The notes: a model not told the origin generated them from the sequence alone. Shown: positions 1-13,523, numbered from the stretch's first letter. The stretch is DNA of 64,000 nucleotides from Eledone cirrhosa (GCA_964016885.1 OZ024752.1:42842001-42906000), one strand, 5' to 3'. Translations and numbers: made by a program.

Positions 1-282
1 GAAATGAGATGATAGGGACTGGGGTCCCTATCATTCCACTGCAAAGTGGTCGTGCAGGTGCCACGGCAAAAAAGCACCCAGCACTCACTGTAAATGAGGT
101 TGGTGTTAGGAAGGGCATCCAGCTGTAGAAATCAAGCCAGAACCAGTTCCCGTCCCACCCTTGCAAGCAGGGAAAAAGCGGACGTAAAATGAAATGATGA
201 TGATGATGATATATATATATATTACGGCAAAGCTTCTATTTCAATATATATATATATCATTTAACATCCATCTTCCACGCTA

Positions 283-317
<35 letters not shown>

Positions 318-1000
318 GTCGATTGACTTTCGTCAAATCTAACCGAAGAAACAATGTTTCCGTTGGTCTTTCCAATTGCTAATACTATCTATTGGTCACA
401 ACTCCAGGTAGAAGGAGCAATGTAAGATAAAGGGTTTTGCCCAAGCTCAAGGACATAACTCATCGCCCGGTCCAGGAATGGAACTCACAACCTCACGATT
501 GTGAATCCAATTCTCTAACCACTCACTCATGCGCCTTCACACACACACATATATATATAGAGAGAAATCTCGCCGTAACATTTGACTAAATAATTGTTTC
601 TATTTTTGGCACAAGGCCAGCAATTATTTCAGTGTATTACTGGTACTTTATTTTATCGACCCCGTAAGGATGAAAGGCAAAGTTAACCTCGGCGAGATTT
701 GAGGGCCGTAACTCTATGCGTCAAAGCATGGCGTCCGACCCTCTACCGATACTGCCAATCCACCGAGGGCCTATGAACCCACATATGGGAGCTGATATCC
801 ATTTTTTTCTGCTCAGTGGGTTCATTGACCAGTTATTGTCTATTCACTGTTACGTTAAGTACTTCTGGTGAGTTTTGTGACAGATGAACTTGTTTGAAAC
901 TTTGATGTCCTGTTTTGATATAGAGAAAGGGAAGAGGGGTTATTCGATAGTAATTTTGAATGACATTATATTTTGGCTCAACTTGGTACTATATTTCTAG

Positions 1001-1067
1001 GGAGAGGTCACTGTTCATTTCAATAAACTTCATGCTGATCCTAAACAAGGAAAATCATTGGACATTG
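1001..1067 (+). CDS. PICK1: PICK1 internal exon (end of PDZ domain); upstream exons are outside the window
   Basis: ttctag|GGA...ATTG|gtgag; GEVTVHFNKLHADPKQGKSLDI matches recalled PICK1 GEVTIHYNKLQADPKQGMSLDI. Confidence 0.93.
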
Positions 1068-1432
1068 GTGAGTAAAATAGGTTTTTAGTTTTGTTTTGAC
1101 ATTAACTCTTTAGTATTTACACTACTCTATATTTACTATTGTATTTTCACGGTAAAGGCTTTATCTCACATAATTATCTCACAAAATTATCTCACATAGC
1201 ATTTACATTACTCTATATTTACTATTGTATTTTCATTTTAAAGGCTTTATCTCACATAATTATCTCGCATAATATCTCACATAGCATTTATATTACTCTA
1301 TATTTACTATTATATTTTCATGGTAAAGGCTTTATCTCATATAATATCTCGCCACCACTGCCTTTTCTACTACTACTACTACTACTACTCTCCATGTATA
1401 TACGTGTTTCTATTTTTTGTTTTGCCTTGCAG

Positions 1433-1522
1433 TATTAAAGAAAGTCAAGCATCGTTTTGTGGAAAATATGAACTCCAACACTGCAGATGCATTAGGCTTA
1501 AGTCGAGCCATCTTGTGCAATG
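1433..1522 (+). CDS. PICK1: PICK1 exon (linker helix)
   Basis: ttgcag|TA...AATG|gtaag; (V)LKKVKHRFVENMNSNTADALGLSRAILCN; phases match neighbours. Confidence 0.95.
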
Positions 1523-1729
1523 GTAAGTTCTTGTGGTTTAACCTTTCTCATACTAAACCTTTTCTGGTTCTATCTTACAAAGCTGTTTGTTTGAAAGTGT
1601 TTATATTTATCTAAAAACCTTGTACTACAATTTATGTAAGAATCTTTATATTCAAATTAAGTAATAACAAACCTCGGTAACACCACATAGAATTGCTAGT
1701 TTTCTGATGAAATTCATAATATTTTGCAG

Positions 1730-1846
1730 ATGGACTTGTGAAGAAACTAGAAGAGCTTGAAAAAACTGCCGAGATGTACTGTGGCTTGATTGAGCATGCT
1801 AAACGGCTATTGAAAGCTACATTTGAACTTTCTCAATCATATAAAA
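1730..1846 (+). CDS. PICK1: PICK1 exon (start of BAR/AH domain)
   Basis: ttgcag|AT...AAAA|gtaag; (D)GLVKKLEELEKTAEMYCGLIEHAKRLLKATFELSQSYK. Confidence 0.95.
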
Positions 1847-1925
1847 GTAAGTTTACATTAAAAAAAAAAAAAATTAAAAAAAATTCTTTAACTCTTTAGC
1901 ATTTACATTACTCTATATATACCTT

Positions 1926-4900
1926 GTGTCTATCTGGTTTAGAATAGGTACACTGTATCCTAGTATGTATCTAGTTTAGAATAGGTACACTGTATCCCAG
2001 TATGTATCTGGTTTAGAATAGGTACACTGTATCCCAGTATGTATATGGTTTAGAATAGGTACACTGTATCCCAGTATGTATCTGGTTTAGAATAGGTACA
2101 CTGTATCCCAGTATGTATCTAGTTTAGAATAGGTACACTGTATCCCAGTATGTATCTGGTTTAGAATAGGTACACTGTATCCCAGTATGTATATGGTTTA
2201 GAATAGGTACACTGTATCCCAGTATGTATCTGGTTTAGAATAGGTACACTGTATCCCAGTATGTATCTAGTTTAGAATAGGTACACTGTATCCCAGTATG
2301 TATCTGGTTTAGAATAGGTACACTGTATCCCAGTATGTATCTGGTTTAGAATAGGTACACTGTATCCCAGTATGTATCTAGTTTAGAATAGGTACACTGT
2401 ATCCCAGTATGTATCTAGTTTAGAATAGGTACACTGTATCCCAGTATGTATCTGGTTTAGAATAGGTACACTGTATCCCAGTATGTATATGGTTTAGAAT
2501 AGGTACACTGTATCCCAGTATGTATCTGGTTTAGAATAGGTACACTGTATCCCAGTATGTATCTAGTTTAGAATAGGTACACTGTATCCCAGTATGTATC
2601 TAGTTTAGAATAGGTACACTGTATCCCAGTATGTATCTGGTTTAGAATAGGTACACTGTATCCCAGTATGTATCTGGTTTAGAATAGGTACACTGTATCC
2701 CAGTATGTATCTAGTTTAGAATAGGTACACTGTATCCCAGTATGTATCTAGTTTAGAATAGGTACACTGTATCCCAGTATGTATCTGGTTTAGAATAGGT
2801 ACACTGTATCCCAGTATGTATCTGGTTTAGAATAGGTACACTGTATCCCAGTATGTATCTAGTTTAGAATAGGTACACTGTATCCTAGTTGTATCTAGTT
2901 TAGAATAGGTACACTGTATCCTAGTTGTATCTAGTTTAGAATAGGTACACTGTATCCTAGTTGTATCTAGTTTAGAATAAGTACACTGTATCCTAGTTGT
3001 ATCTAGTTTAGAATAGGTACACTGTATCCCAGTATGTATCTGGTTTAGAATAGGTACACTGTATCCTAGTTGTATCTAGTTTAGAATAGGTACACTGTAT
3101 CCCAGTTGTATCTAGTTTAGAATAGGTACACTGTATCCTAGTTGTATCTAGTTTAGAATAGGTACACTGTATCCTAGTTGTATCTAGTTTAGAATAGGTA
3201 CACTGTATCCCAGTATGTATCTGGTTTAGAATAGGTACACTGTATCCCAGTTGTATCTAGTTTAGAATAGGTACACTGTATCCCTGTGTGTATCTAGTTT
3301 AGAATAGGTACACTGTATCCTAGTTGTATCTAGTTTAGAATAGGTACACTATCCTAGTATGTATCTGGTTTAGAATAGGTACACTGTATCCTAGTATGTA
3401 TCTGGTTTAGAATAGGTACACTGTATCCCTGTGTGTATCTAGTTTAGAATAGGTACACTGTATCCTAGTTGTATCTAGTTTAGAATAGGTACACTGTATC
3501 CTAGTATGTATCTGGTTTAGAATAGGTACACTGTATCCCTGTGTGTATCTAGTTTAGAATAGGTACACTGTATCCTAGTTGTATCTAGTTTAGAATAGGT
3601 ACACTGTATCCTAGTTGTATCTAGTTTAGAATAGGTACACTGTATCCTAGTTGTATCTAGTTTAGAATAGGTACACTGTATCCTAGTTGTATCTAGTTTA
3701 GAATAGGTACACTGTATCCTAGTTGTATCTAGTTTAGAATAGGTACACTGTATCCTAGTTGTATCTAGTTTAGAATAGGTACACTGTATCCTAGTTGTAT
3801 CTAGTTTAGAATAGGTACACTGTATCCTAGTTGTATCTGGTTTAGAATAGGTACACTGTATCCCTGTGTGTATCTAGTTTAGAATAGGTACACTGTATCC
3901 TAGTTGTATCTGGTTTAGAATAGGTACACTGTATCCCAGTATGTATCTGGTTTAGAATAGGTACACTGTATCCCTGTGTGTATCTAGTTTAGAATAGGTA
4001 CACTGTATCCTAGTTGTATCTAGTTTAGAATAGGTACACTGTAGCCCAGTATGTATCTAGTTTAGAATAGGTACACTGTAACCCAGTATGTATCTGGTTT
4101 AGAATAGGTACACTGTATCCCTGTGTGTATCTAGTTTAGAATAGGTACACTGTATCCTAGTTGTATCTGGTTTAGAATAGGTACACTGTATCCCTGTGTG
4201 TATCTAGTTTAGAATAGGTACACTGTATCCTAGTTGTATCTGGTTTAGAATAGGTACACTGTATCCCTGTGTGTATCTAGTTTAGAATAGGTACACTGTA
4301 TCCCAGTATGTATCTGGTTTAGAATAGGTACACTGTATCCCTGTGTGTATCTAGTTTAGAATAGGTACACTGTATCCTAGTTGTATCTGGTTTAGAATAG
4401 GTACACTGTATCCCAGTATGTATCTGGTTTAGAATAGGTACACTGTATCCCTGTGTGTATCTAGTTTAGAATAGGTACACTGTATCCTAGTATGTATCTG
4501 GTTTAGAATAGGTACACTGTATCCTAGTATGTATCTGGTTTAGAATAGGTACACTGTATCCCTGTGTGTATCTAGTTTAGAATAGGTACACTGTATCCTA
4601 GTTGTATCTAGTTTAGAATAGGTACACTGTATCCTAGTATGTATCTGGTTTAGAATAGGTACACTGTATCCCTGTGTGTATCTAGTTTAGAATAGGTACA
4701 CTGTATCCTAGTTGTATCTAGTTTAGAATAGGTACACTGTATCCTAGTTGTATCTAGTTTAGAATAGGTACACTGTATCCTAGTTGTATCTAGTTTAGAA
4801 TAGGTACACTGTATCCTAGTTGTATCTAGTTTAGAATAGGTACACTGTATCCTAGTTGTATCTAGTTTAGAATAGGTACACTGTATCCTAGTTGTATCTA

Positions 4901-6143
4901 GTTTAGAATAGGTACACTGTATCCTAGTTGTATCTAGTTTAGAATAGGTACACTGTATCCTAGTTGTATCTGGTTTAGAATAGGTACACTGTATCCCTGT
5001 GTGTATCTAGTTTAGAATAGGTACACTGTATCCTAGTTGTATCTGGTTTAGAATAGGTACACTGTATCCCTGTGTGTATCTAGTTTAGAATAGGTACACT
5101 GTATCCTAGTTGTATCTGGTTTAGAATAGGTACACTGTATCCCAGTATGTATCTGGTTTAGAATAGGTACACTGTATCCCTGTGTGTATCTAGTTTAGAA
5201 TAGGTACACTGTATCCTAGTTGTATCTAGTTTAGAATAGGTACACTGTAGCCCAGTATGTATCTAGTTTAGAATAGGTACACTGTAACCCAGTATGTATC
5301 TGGTTTAGAATAGGTACACTGTATCCCTGTGTGTATCTAGTTTAGAATAGGTACACTGTATCCTAGTTGTATCTGGTTTAGAATAGGTACACTGTATCCC
5401 TGTGTGTATCTAGTTTAGAATAGGTACACTGTATCCTAGTTGTATCTGGTTTAGAATAGGTACACTGTATCCCTGTGTGTATCTAGTTTAGAATAGGTAC
5501 ACTGTATCCCAGTATGTATCTGGTTTAGAATAGGTACACTGTATCCCTGTGTGTATCTAGTTTAGAATAGGTACACTGTATCCTAGTTGTATCTGGTTTA
5601 GAATAGGTACACTGTATCCCAGTATGTATCTGGTTTAGAATAGGTACACTGTATCCCTGTGTGTATCTAGTTTAGAATAGGTACACTGTATCCTAGTTGT
5701 ATCTGGTTTAGAATAGGTACACTGTAGCCCAGTATGTATCTAGTTTAGAATAGGTACACTGTATCCTAGTTGTATCTGGTTTAGAATAGGTACACTGTAT
5801 CCCAGTATGTATCTGGTTTAGAATAGGTACACTGTATCCCTGTATGTATCTGGTTTAGAATAGGTACACTGTATCCTAGTTGTATCTGGTTTAGAATAGG
5901 TACACTGTAACCCAGTATGTATCTGGTTTAGAATAGGTACACTGTAACCCAGTATGTATCTGGTTTAGAATAGGTACACTGTATCCCAGTATGTATCTGG
6001 TTTAGAATAGGTACACTGTATCCCAGTATGTATCTGGTTTAGAATAGGTACACTGTATCCCTGTGTGTATCTGATTTAAAATAGGTACACTGTATCCCTG
6101 TATGTATCTGGTTTAGAATAGGTACACTGTAACCCTGTATGTC
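1926..6143. repeat. 36/37-bp minisatellite (~115 copies) in PICK1 intron
   Basis: unit tatctggtttagaataggtacactgtatcccagtatg with cctagttg and ccctgtgtg variants. Confidence 0.97.
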
Positions 6144-6893
6144 ATAAGAGACGATTAAAAGGTGGTGGTGCCAGGAAGGGCATCCGACTGTAAAATGTTG
6201 TATGAAACTGTTCATGAGGCATGCATAACTAACCCTTGTTTTATCAGAAAACCTTAACCTTTAGCATTTAAACTGGCCATATTTGGCCAGAATTCTTTAA
6301 CCTCTTTCTGTTCAAACTGGCTAAAGTATTCTAAAAATAAATAACATCAAAATCTAATAGATTCGATATTATGTGAGATAATTATGTAAGATAAAGCTTA
6401 TACCATGAAAATACAGTAGTAAATATAGAGTAATGTGAATGTTAAAGAGTTAAAACTTGCTGTTTACGCTAATAACAAGCATATTAAAAATGGGTGGTGG
6501 ATTGGCAGAATTAGATAATTTGCTTTATGGTATTTGTTCCAACTTTTAACATTCTTCTCAAATCTTGCTAAGGTCAACTTCGCCTTTTATCCTTCTGGAG
6601 GTTGATAAAATAAAGTACCAGTTATGTACTTGGACAATTTAATTGAACATCCAACAACTCCTCAAATTACTGGCTTTCTGCTTTAATTAGAAACAATTAT
6701 TATTAACAGGCATGATGTGTAGACATAGTTTGGTATTTATAAACCAAAGTAATCATACAGTAATATAGGTAAGTAATATTATAGATAATTGAAACATTGA
6801 AGGGTGAGGGGAGAGCTAATAACGGGTGATTCACTCTCTGTGTGTGTATATATATATATTGCATTTTTGTATATGTATTTATATATATATAAT

Positions 6894-7231
6894 GGAGGCA
6901 TATGGCTTAGTGGGTAGAGCATTGGCCTTGCAATCGAAAGGTTGTGAGTTCAATTCTCAGACCGGGTGATGTGTTGTTTCCTTGAGCAAGACACTTTATT
7001 TCACATTGCTCCAGTTTACTCAGCTGTAGAAATGAGATGATAGGGACTGGGGTCCCTATCACTCCACTGCAAAGTGGTCGTGGAGGTGCCATGGCAAAAA
7101 AAGCACCCAGCACTCACTGTAAATGAGGTTGGTGTTAGGAAGGGCATCCAGCTGTAGAAATCAAGCCAGAATCAGTTCCCGTCCCACCCTTGCAAGCAGG
7201 GAAAAAGCGGACGTAGAATGAAATGATGATG
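6894..7231 (+). mobile_element. full-length tRNA-derived SINE (family A); other copies at 1-210(+), 27293-27625(-), 41943-42287(-), partial 39395-39655(+), 8470-8700(+), 18857-19120(-)
   Basis: A box TGGCTTAGTGG, B box GTTCAATTC, core ccttgagcaagacact, (ATG)n tail like the RTE tails in the window. Confidence 0.88.
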
Positions 7232-7282
7232 ATATATATATATATATATTGTATTTTTGTGTTATTTCTGTTTACCGTATAT

Positions 7283-7492
7283 AGGCGTGTGGCTGACTGG
7301 TTAGAGAATTGGATTTGCAATCGTGAGGTTGTGAGTTTGATTCCCGGACCGGGCAATGCATTGTATCCTTGAGCAAGACACTTGACTTCACGTTGCTCCT
7401 TCTACCTGGAGTTGCGACCGACAGATAGTATTAGCAATTGGAAAGACCAACGGAAACATTGTTTCCTTGGTCCGATTTGACGAAAGTCGATC
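7283..7492 (+). mobile_element. tRNA-derived SINE (family B); copies at ~316-540(-) and ~23543-23760(-)
   Basis: A/B box-like head; shared body gctccttctacctggagttgcgacc...gacgaaagtcgatcg. Confidence 0.8.
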
Positions 7493-7634
7493 GTTCTTCA
7501 TATATATATATATGTATATATATATATGTGTGTGTGTGTGTATGTATGTAAAAGGTAAACAGAAATAACAACCCAATCGGTCCAGTATATGGAAGGAATA
7601 TATTAGGTTAATGCTTGATATAGCAGGATGAGGG

Positions 7635-7670
7635 TCTTAACGTTTCGGACGCTAGTCCTTCATCAGAAGA
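7635..7670 (-). ncRNA. minimal hammerhead ribozyme motif (dimeric type)
   Basis: ucuu-CUGAUGA-a-ggac(uagc)gucc-GAAAC-GUU-aaga; helix III is reduced to palindrome AACGUU; degenerate paralogue at 22634-22669. Confidence 0.65.
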
Positions 7671-7865
7671 AAGAATGAGAAATAAGATAGATTGAGGGGA
7701 CGGGCGGGTTGGAATTGGAAAAAAAGTCTTTAGATAGAAATAACAGGTCCTTTCATGTTGACCCATCTCCAGTGTTAGTATGCCCAAGGGTCCCACTGTA
7801 CAGGTTTGTATGTCGATGCTTCTTTCTTTCAAATAAAAAAAAATATCTCAATTATTTTGTTTCAG

Positions 7866-7999
7866 CTTTTGGCGATGTTTTCATTGGGATTGGAGTGAGG
7901 GAGCCTCAGCCCAGAGCCAGTGAAGCATTCTCAAAATTTGGTGACGCCCATCGTGACATGGAGAAGTTTGCAATAAAAATGATACGAACAGTTAAACCT
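7866..7999 (+). CDS. PICK1: PICK1 exon (BAR)
   Basis: tttcag|CT...CCT|gtaag; (T)FGDVFIGIGVREPQPRASEAFSKFGDAHRDMEKFAIKMIRTVKP. Confidence 0.95.
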
Positions 8000-8039
8000 G
8001 TAAGTAATATTAGCATTGTGTGTTGATTAGAAAGAAATA

Positions 8040-8365
8040 AAGCCTGCATGCTCCAATGGATGTGTAATAGTAATGTGTGCGAATGGCGAAGCATAAACGA
8101 ATTGAGAGAGAGACTAAGCATAAGAGGTATCAAATGTTGTATTCTGGAGAGGAGATTGCGTTGGTATGGCCACGTGATGCGTATGAAGGACAACAGCTGT
8201 ATAAAGAAGTGCAGGGCAATGAAAATTGATGGAAGCTACGGAGTGGGTAGACCAAGAAAAACCTGGGACGAGGTGATAAAAACTGACCTTGTTCACCTAC
8301 ACCTCTCCAAGACAATGTCACTAGATCGAGATCTTTGGCGCCATGCAGTTGTACAGAAGACCTGA
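8040..8365 (+). mobile_element. RTE-clade LINE 3' fragment
   Basis: ERRLRWYGHVMRM...GRPRKTWDEVIKTDL...DRDLWR, the typical RTE ORF C-terminus. Confidence 0.85.
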
Positions 8366-9210
8366 CTGCCATTGCATACAAACCTACAGTCAGTAGGCAC
8401 CTCTTAACCCAATGTACACCCCACCCCATCCTCTCTTTCCCGTTCCGTCCACTGTGTCGATGACCCAACAGTCCACACTGTAAGGTGGCCGTGTAGGAGA
8501 CACGGTGAAAAGGCTCCCAGTCCACACTGTAAATGTTGTTGGTGTTAGGAAGGGCATCCAGCTGTAAAAAAACCTGCCAGAGACGCTTCCGTATGGCGAG
8601 ACATGGTCTCCCGACCATTCCTGCATCAAATGGAACAAAAGCGTCTAACCCATGCTAGCATGGAAGATGGACGTTAAACGATGATGATGATGATGATGAT
8701 TTGTCTTTTTAATATCATTGTATGACCCTGTGGTTAAGGTGTTGGACTCATATTCATAAGGTTGTAGGTATGGTTCGCAGACTGAGTAACACAGTGTGTC
8801 CTTGAACAAGTCACTTCATTTCATGTTGCTCTAGTTCATTCAGATGAAAAGGAATACCAACATCAGATGAGTGTTAGCCTTGTGATGGATTAGCATCTTG
8901 TCCAGGTGGAAAGGAGACATGTACTCTCAGCTGCTTAGTACCTCATGAACCTAGGATAAAGTCCAGGCTTTGTTCAACCTGTGTACAAACAATAACATAA
9001 TATAGGGTCAAGTATGAAATTTGTAGAAATTTGTTTTTTTTCTACAAATTTCATACTTGTTAACCTAAAACATTGTTTCAGAATAACAATGGGTTAGATA
9101 TTTCTACAAATTTACACATTTTTCATTTGCCATTTGTATGTTATTCATGTCACCTGTGTGTTAATCATGTTACCTACATTATATGTTTAAATCTATTTAT
9201 TGCATTGCAG

Positions 9211-9303
9211 ATGATCTGTGACTTACACACCTTTCTAAATAAGGCAGTGCCAGACACTCGTCTTACAATCAAGAAATACCTAGATGCTAAATTTGAATAT
9301 TTG
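9211..9303 (+). CDS. PICK1: PICK1 exon (BAR)
   Basis: ttgcag|ATG...TTG|gtaag; MICDLHTFLNKAVPDTRLTIKKYLDAKFEYL. Confidence 0.95.
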
Positions 9304-10299
9304 GTAAGTCTCTACAGTGTTATCTGTCGAATTAACCATTTTGTTACCAGATTTCTAATGGATTACATTGCTATGTGTTTTAATCATCTTTGAAAATAAG
9401 AATTTAAAGGGATTTAACTCTTAACATAGGCAGCGAATTGGCAGAGTCTTTAAGACGTTGGATAGAATGCTTCACGGTGTTCGTCCCACCTCATTGCATG
9501 CTCTGAGTTCAAATCCCGCTGAGGTCAACTTTGCCTTTCATCCGTTCGAGGTCGATAAAAAAAAAGTACCAGCCCAGTACTGGGGTCGATTCTTCTTTTA
9601 TAGAAAAAATCAGCTGTGTTCAGACATGGAGAGAGTTGGGCTCTGCCAGGTTTAAAAGTGCCCTAGACACACCATATGACGGTGCCTCTATAACTCCACA
9701 AGGAGTTATGGGACTTATCCTAACTCTTAACATGCTGTAATGATTTAGAAGAAAATATTTTTAGATGGGCTTGTTAATTAAAATGTTTATATTATCTTTA
9801 CAAGTGGGCAGATCATTGTGAAAATTTGTAGTATTAAATAAAATAATGTTGGCATAACTTTCAGTGTATGTAAATCCCAACTCTGTCATATCTGTAGATA
9901 TTTTTGTAGTCGTACAGTAGTTATTTCATAACAGTTTTCTAGTTGCACACGGCCCCTTCCTCCTTGTGTTCATGATAGGTATAAAATCTGTCTACATATG
10001 CTTTTGAATGGTGTATTCTAAATGAAGTCTTTATTTTTCTTGTTTTCCTGTCTATTCCAGCTAGTTCTTTTAGTGTCCAGTTCGAAATATTAAAACTGTA
10101 GCTTACTACTGTGATTGCTTACTACTGTGATTGCTTATTATATTTTTTGTTACATCTTTTGTTTTTGACCCCCCTCCTCCTTTTTTTTTATAGGCAGAAA
10201 CCCATATCTGTATCATCCCATGTTGTCCTTAATGTATGTTTTGTAAACCCTTTGTAGTTAATAAAGAAATCATTATTATCATTATTATTATTTCTATAG

Positions 10300-10400
10300 T
10301 CATACTGTCTTAAACTGAAAGAAATGGATGATGAGGAATATAGTTATGCTGCACTTCAAGAACCACTTTACCGAGTTGAAACAGGGAATTATGAATACAG
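10300..10400 (+). CDS. PICK1: PICK1 exon (BAR)
   Basis: ctatag|TCA...ACAG|gtaaa; SYCLKLKEMDDEEYSYAALQEPLYRVETGNYEY(R). Confidence 0.95.
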
Positions 10401-10826
10401 GTAAAATATTAAATTGCTGTTAATTTAATGCAGTTAATTGGCAGAATCAATTATTGCTTCTGTAAAGTGTAGGTGTTATGGCAAAAAGCATCCAAGTCCA
10501 CACTGTAATGTGGTCATTTTGGTGCCAGAATAAAATTTAATTGACTTTCCCCTCCCCACAAATTACTGGCCTTGTGCCTATATAAGAAACCATTATTATT
10601 ATTATTGTGAATTGGCAGTGTCGGTAGAGGGTTGGACGCCATGCTTTGCAGCATAGAGTTACGTCCCTTTACGATCTGAGTTCAAATCCCGCCGAGGTTA
10701 ACTTTGCCTTTCATCCTTACGGGGTCGATAAAATAAAGTACCAGTAATGTACTGGGTAATTGCTGGCCTTGTGCCTAAAGTAGAAACAATTATTATTATT
10801 ATTGTTGTTTTTGTTTCCACCAATAG

Positions 10827-10921
10827 GTTAATCCTGAGATGTCGCCAGGATGCTAGGACACGTTTTGCTAAAATGCGTTCAGATGTTTTGGTCAAAATAG
10901 AATTATTGGATCAAAAGCACG
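10827..10921 (+). CDS. PICK1: PICK1 exon (BAR)
   Basis: caatag|G...CACG|gtatg; (R)LILRCRQDARTRFAKMRSDVLVKIELLDQKH. Confidence 0.95.
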
Positions 10922-11779
10922 GTATGTGACATACTTTTTATTTTCTTCCATTTTTGAACTTAGAACATTTTTTTTATATATATATATATATATATGTGTG
11001 TGTAGTGTGTATATAAATAAATATATATATATGCATATGTGTATGTATGTGTCTTATTTTCCATGGTTGCATGGGTCGGACGGCTTGTTCATGCTATGAT
11101 GCAAGTCTGGCCAGTTGGCTGTGCCAAACCTTGCTCAAATTGAGCTGTGTCTTTATTTACAGCTGGATGTCCTTCCTAACACTAACCACCTTTATAGTGT
11201 GGAAGTGAGTAGTCCCATTATGAGGAGGGTCTGGCCATTTGGCCGCGCTGAACCTTGCTGATAAGTGGATCCATATTTGGGAGCTGGGTGGATTTGGCCA
11301 GTTGGCTGCGTCGAACCTTGTTAATAGCAGGGCCTGTGTTTTGGCTGAGGATTTTTACGGCTGTTGGGTGCCTTTCCTAACACCAACCACATTTACAGTG
11401 TTTGACTGGGTTGTCACACTTATGAGGGAAGTCTGGCCAGATTGTCGCATCAAATCTTGCTCATACCAGACCATGATTTGGCTCAGTTCTTATAGCTATT
11501 TGATGTCGTTCCTAACACCAACCATATTTACAGTGTGGATAAAATGGTTAAAGACACATATTGTGTCTTTCATACAGTAATGAAATGGTTAAAGACACAA
11601 GCAGTATCTTTCATAAGAAATGTGGTAATGAAATGGTTAAAGACATAGGCAGTGTCTTTCATTAGAAATATAGTAATGAAAGGATTAAAGACATAGGCAG
11701 TGTCTTTCATTAAATGATGATGATACACACTCATGTTTAAGTATTTACAAGCAATATGTTTATTTGTTCTATTTTACAG

Positions 11780-12045
11780 TACAAGACATAGTATTTCAAC
11801 TGCAGAGGTTCGTGTCAGCCATGTCGAAGTACCACAGTGATTGCCATTCCGTAATGAAAGAGGCTGTAGTTTTCCCAATCGAAGTGGATTTATCTCGGAG
11901 TACACTCACATACGACCATTCCAATGACTTCAACGATGATGATGGAGATGAGATTGAAGAAGGTGAAGAAGCCATGGCAGACAGATTAAACACACAGCCT
12001 GTAGACAACAGTACTGGCTTAATTGATCTCATGTCTACAGACTGA
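11780..12045 (+). CDS. PICK1: PICK1 last coding exon (BAR end + acidic tail)
   Basis: ttacag|TA; (V)QDIVFQLQRFVSAMSKYHSDCHSVMKEAVVFPIEVDL...DDDGDEIEEGEE...LIDLMSTD*; the 8 exons total 963 nt in one open frame. Confidence 0.95.
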
Positions 12046-12715
12046 TCAGTGATCTTATTTTAGGAGGCTATGATCGTTTACATGAAGCAATGTGGAAAGT
12101 ATAGAAAACGGTGTTTTAAAGGGCTACAGCAACACAAATAGAACATTGAATATTACATTAAAGATAATAACAAAGTTGTCCTTAATGTTTCAGGAGTCAA
12201 AAATACCATCATAAGGAGAACAAAAAGGATCTGCTCCGACTTAGTTTTCTTAATCTTTCTTTTGACAAAGGGAATTTTCTCCTGAAATATTAAAGGAATA
12301 ATTAATTACCTGAACGATAACATGCCAACAACTATGTTTTTTATTATTATTATTATTATTATTATATTTATACCCTATTTGCATTTCTATAGTCTTCTAA
12401 ATTACTGTTTTCTAATTTTATTTTGTTTTTATATCTCCCCTTGTATCTTTAGAATATCAAATGTGTATCGCTAAATTGTTGTTTTCTCTCAGTTTTTGTT
12501 GCTATTGTTGTACAACAACAAAAAATGTTAAGTGTTGGAATATACCCTATATACTTGTGTATAAGTCACATTTATACCCTATATACTTGTGTATAACATA
12601 CACTTTTCTCTATCATGAAAATACAAAGTGGAAAAAAAAAACAGCATGGACCTACAAAACCTCAATTCAAAGTATATGGTACATTATAAATATTGTACCA
12701 TTTCTAGGTGTGAGT

Positions 12716-12750
<35 letters not shown>

Positions 12751-13202
12751 GTTTATATATATATATATAAAATTTAAAAAAAAATTTAATTATATAATAA
12801 ACAACACAATATAATTATTTCATTACCCAAGGTTTCATGAAGTTAGATGATTCTAACAGGAATGTCTAGTTCTTTCGGCAGATTAAATATCTATGTTATT
12901 AAATAGCGCTGTACTATACATAGAGCACTCTTCTTTTCTTTACCTTTTCTACAGAAATACTTAACACATAAAACATATATATATATATGTTTATATATAT
13001 ATATTTACTCTTTTACCTGTTCCAGCCATCCGGCTGAGGCCATGCTGGGGCACCGCCTTTGACATATATATATATCCTATATATATATATATGTCAATAC
13101 TCATCTTTTTCTATTTCTTAGAGGGTTCTAAACCCCACTATCAGGCTAAAATTTCTTTAGTCAAAAAATATGGCGAAAGCTTTTATTTTCTAATTTATAT
13201 AT

Positions 13203-13237
<35 letters not shown>

Positions 13238-13523
13238 GTTTATATATATATATATATAAACTGCATACACTCATGCAGTAAGTTGCATTTTTCTCCACAA
13301 AATATGATGTGAAAAACCATCACGTGACTTAGCTACTGGACCTACAAAACCTTGATTCAAAATATATGATACATTGTAAATGTAATTAAAATGGAGGTGT
13401 ATCTTATATACAGAAGTATATATGGTAAGTATTTATATAGCCTGTGTCCCAAATGACACCATCATTTGAGATATTTTGTTATTTCTTTGTTGACATTCCA
13501 GAAATTTATTTGAATCTTTAAAG

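Noticed and set aside
6894-6970. tRNA gene
   Set aside because: A/B boxes continue into a SINE body and tail present in many copies; no cloverleaf acceptor stem
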